Shown piece by piece: positions 61,482 through 64,000 of a DNA stretch of 64,000 bases. This stretch comes from Marsupella aquatica (Eukaryota; Plantae; Marchantiophyta). Location: assembly GCA_973895155.1 (NCBI GenBank), contig OZ316896.1:14005542-14069541 (forward strand). The letters run 5' to 3'. The translations under genes and the position numbers were made by a program. Each line of letters starts with the position of its first letter. Within the stretch, counting starts at the first letter, position 1. The notes below the pieces were generated by a model. The model did not search any database. It had not been told where the DNA came from and saw nothing but the letters and a program-made list of their open reading frames with translations.

Positions 61482-64000
61482 GTTTCTGAGCAACTGGAGT
61501 AATGTTTGCATCAAAAGAGTTGTTTAGCCAAGATCTTGTAGTCTCAAGTCCCTTTTGGGTAAGTTTTTTACTCTTGCTACCTAGCTTGGGGACTTGCTTA
61601 CAAAATAAACTTGAAGAAAACTTGGTGTCCCAAAACATTTTAATGACTCTCATCAAACCAACCAGATGAAAGAGATTGAAGGGCAAGCAAAAAGATAAAT
61701 GCCAGATAAGATGTGGGGACAAAAGTAAGAAAGAAATGGGTGGAAGGTTAGGGTGGGCAAGGAGGGGGGAATTTTGGGGTTGCAAGCTACCATTTAGTTG
61801 AGCTTTAATCAGTACTTAGTCTCCACTTTGTGGATTGTTAGTTAAGGTTAGCCACTAATTATTGAAATATGGTATGTTCATTGACTGAATCGATTGAAGT
61901 CTAGTAGCGCGGCACTCCGGTAGGTTTTTTTGCTTGAATTGCATAAAATCCAGCGAGGGGGAAGCAGTTTTCCAGAGTGTCTTTTAAAGAAGTCAGCAAC
62001 ACGGAAAAAATTCCAACCAAACTCCCAATAACATTAGAGTTCAAACTATGTTGTATGGTAGTATCTATTTCTACACATCCTATTCAGGGAAACCTTTTTA
62101 TTTCTTGCCAATGCAATGCGCATGGATGAATCAGGTTTACTTTTTAGTGTGCGAAATGCCTCGAGTGTTACCAAGCACTATGGTATGTTGTGCTAAATTA
62201 CATTTTTTTTCCTCTTCTTGTGATACTGACAGGTTGAAAAATAAAGAAACCAAGTAACAGGTGTCATAGCCCTACCCGCCCACCCAAAGGAACCCTGGAT
62301 CACCAAGAGAACAATCGTACTGTATTGGAATTACTTATCCAGCCCTTGTTTTTTTAAAAGAGTTTTGCCAACTTCTACACTAACTATTGTCTTCTGCCAA
62401 AACAAACACTCGGGCCATGCATTTCAATAGACGACAAAGGTTTCCAATAGACCCCTGCATGTTCTATTTGGAAATGTGCTTTGAGTGCAATCTTTCAATG
62501 GTGCTTTTGTCTCAAATGTCCAGTTGTGCCTTTGCTGTGTCATTAGAACATCTGCTTGTCTTTCATTAAACCACAACTGCCCCTATAAAGGGCTACAGGT
62601 AACCTGTAGCTCTCATTGTAAAGAGCACAGATTCAGAAATGAGCTTTGGGCTCCACAAAAGGTGCTAGTGTTCCACCTTTTATGGTGAGTAGTGAGACAT
62701 GGAATGAGGCTTTTATAGTGGCAGGTGTGGTTTAAGCACTCTCCCAAACAGAGTGTTTAGGCACTTTCTTGCAACTAGTACTATTCAAGTAAAAAATATG
62801 CTTTACATATGATAACAAGCTCGACTTAGCCATCTGGCAACTACAACTGCCCGGAATGGATCATTTTTGATTTGGACATTCATCCAGAATTATATTTGGG
62901 GAAAATTTTGGCTACTACCCAATTGTGCCATTCAAGGAACTGGACCCTACAAGTCTCCGTCCAAGTCAGATATTTGGCTATTGGGCATCATAATTTTGCC
63001 ACTTGCCTGATGGTCCCCATCATTACCACAACAAAGACAGTCAATTTTGTGGTGGGGGAGTTTTCCAGTTGTGTCTTCCTAGGCCCCACTTTAGTGCATC
63101 CTCATCAGCCCATCACATTGGTAGTATCATGCGCCATCACCTTGATAGTGAGTAACAAGAGTAGATGGACACTTCAGTATTTGGGTTGGTGTCATCCTGT
63201 GCTGAAATGATATGCTATCACAAGCCCTATGCCCGTGCGTTGCACGACGCAATGACGGCCGGCCCATAGGGAGTTGGGCTGGGGGGCGAGAGGCAGGGGT
63301 GAGCGCATCGGGACCGAGGGGAGGTTGAAGCAGGGCGTCAGGGTGAGGCATTGCGAGCATTGATGCCCATATACGTATATCGTGAGGGGGGCCCATAATG
63401 AAGGCACAGGCGTGGGAGGCCTCGCCAGAGAGGGCAAGTGCTAATCAAACGGATACGATAATACTCTAAAATATTTAACGGCCGGTTTTGATTCGCCAAT
63501 TCTGGATTTCGTAATGGGATGAAGGACAAAAAAAGGCGGGATCACTAATTATAGTTGTAGATTATAAGTTCTAGTACATTTCAAGGTGCTCTACTTCAAG
63601 TTTTTTCACCCAAGAGTAGAATTCAGATCCATGGTAATATTGCAGTCTTATACTACAATTGGTATTTTATACCACAAAAAAACTTGACTTTTCAATATTG
63701 CTTCTGGATGTAAGAGTAACTTCCCTCACGAGTACCTTTGAGCGAAAGAGGGGATGCCAATGATTTGAAAAGAATTCAGGTTGCATAAGAGAAACCATAC
63801 CTCAGAGAAACTTCTACCATGCATCAAAGATTCCATCATTAATTCGGGTCAAGAAACAGGTACAACGAGATTTAAGGTCAAAACAGACAAAACGTTCTTG
63901 AATTTCAGAGAAATCTCAACTGGACAGACTTTTCAAGCCGAGATGTGGTGGACAGCCTCAGTGTCCCAGAATCTCTGTTCTGCATCGATAGACTCGCCCC

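Overview
This is eukaryotic nuclear DNA from a land plant. The GT-AG introns, plastid transit peptides and CRE-like LINEs suggest a non-seed plant such as a bryophyte, but that is inference. Six intact genes can be supported: plastid fibrillin FBN1 (-, 3 exons), FKBP62/ROF1-type immunophilin (+, 13 exons, heat-shock element upstream), an intronless PIRL LRR gene (-), a small uncharacterised plant protein with a 'CYR..GEVTCEGNDEGP' motif (-), an intronless plastid 2-Cys peroxiredoxin (-) and a DUF212 protein (-, 3 exons). Repeat-rich DNA lies between them: a decayed partial ROF1 duplicate broken by insertions, three CRE-like LINE 3' fragments, MITE/foldback elements, several minisatellites, and a defective Ty1/copia element with 345-bp LTRs and a GTTTC target-site duplication. 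Two structures stand out. First, the copia interior holds an inverted, circularly permuted gag-PR segment that creates a ~315-bp gag hairpin, a possible siRNA source. Second, the intronless PIRL gene sits exactly at the junction of a local duplication, with the ROF1 remnant starting ~110 bp upstream of its ATG. No CRISPR array, RNA gene or prokaryotic system was found. All alignments and counts were done by eye.
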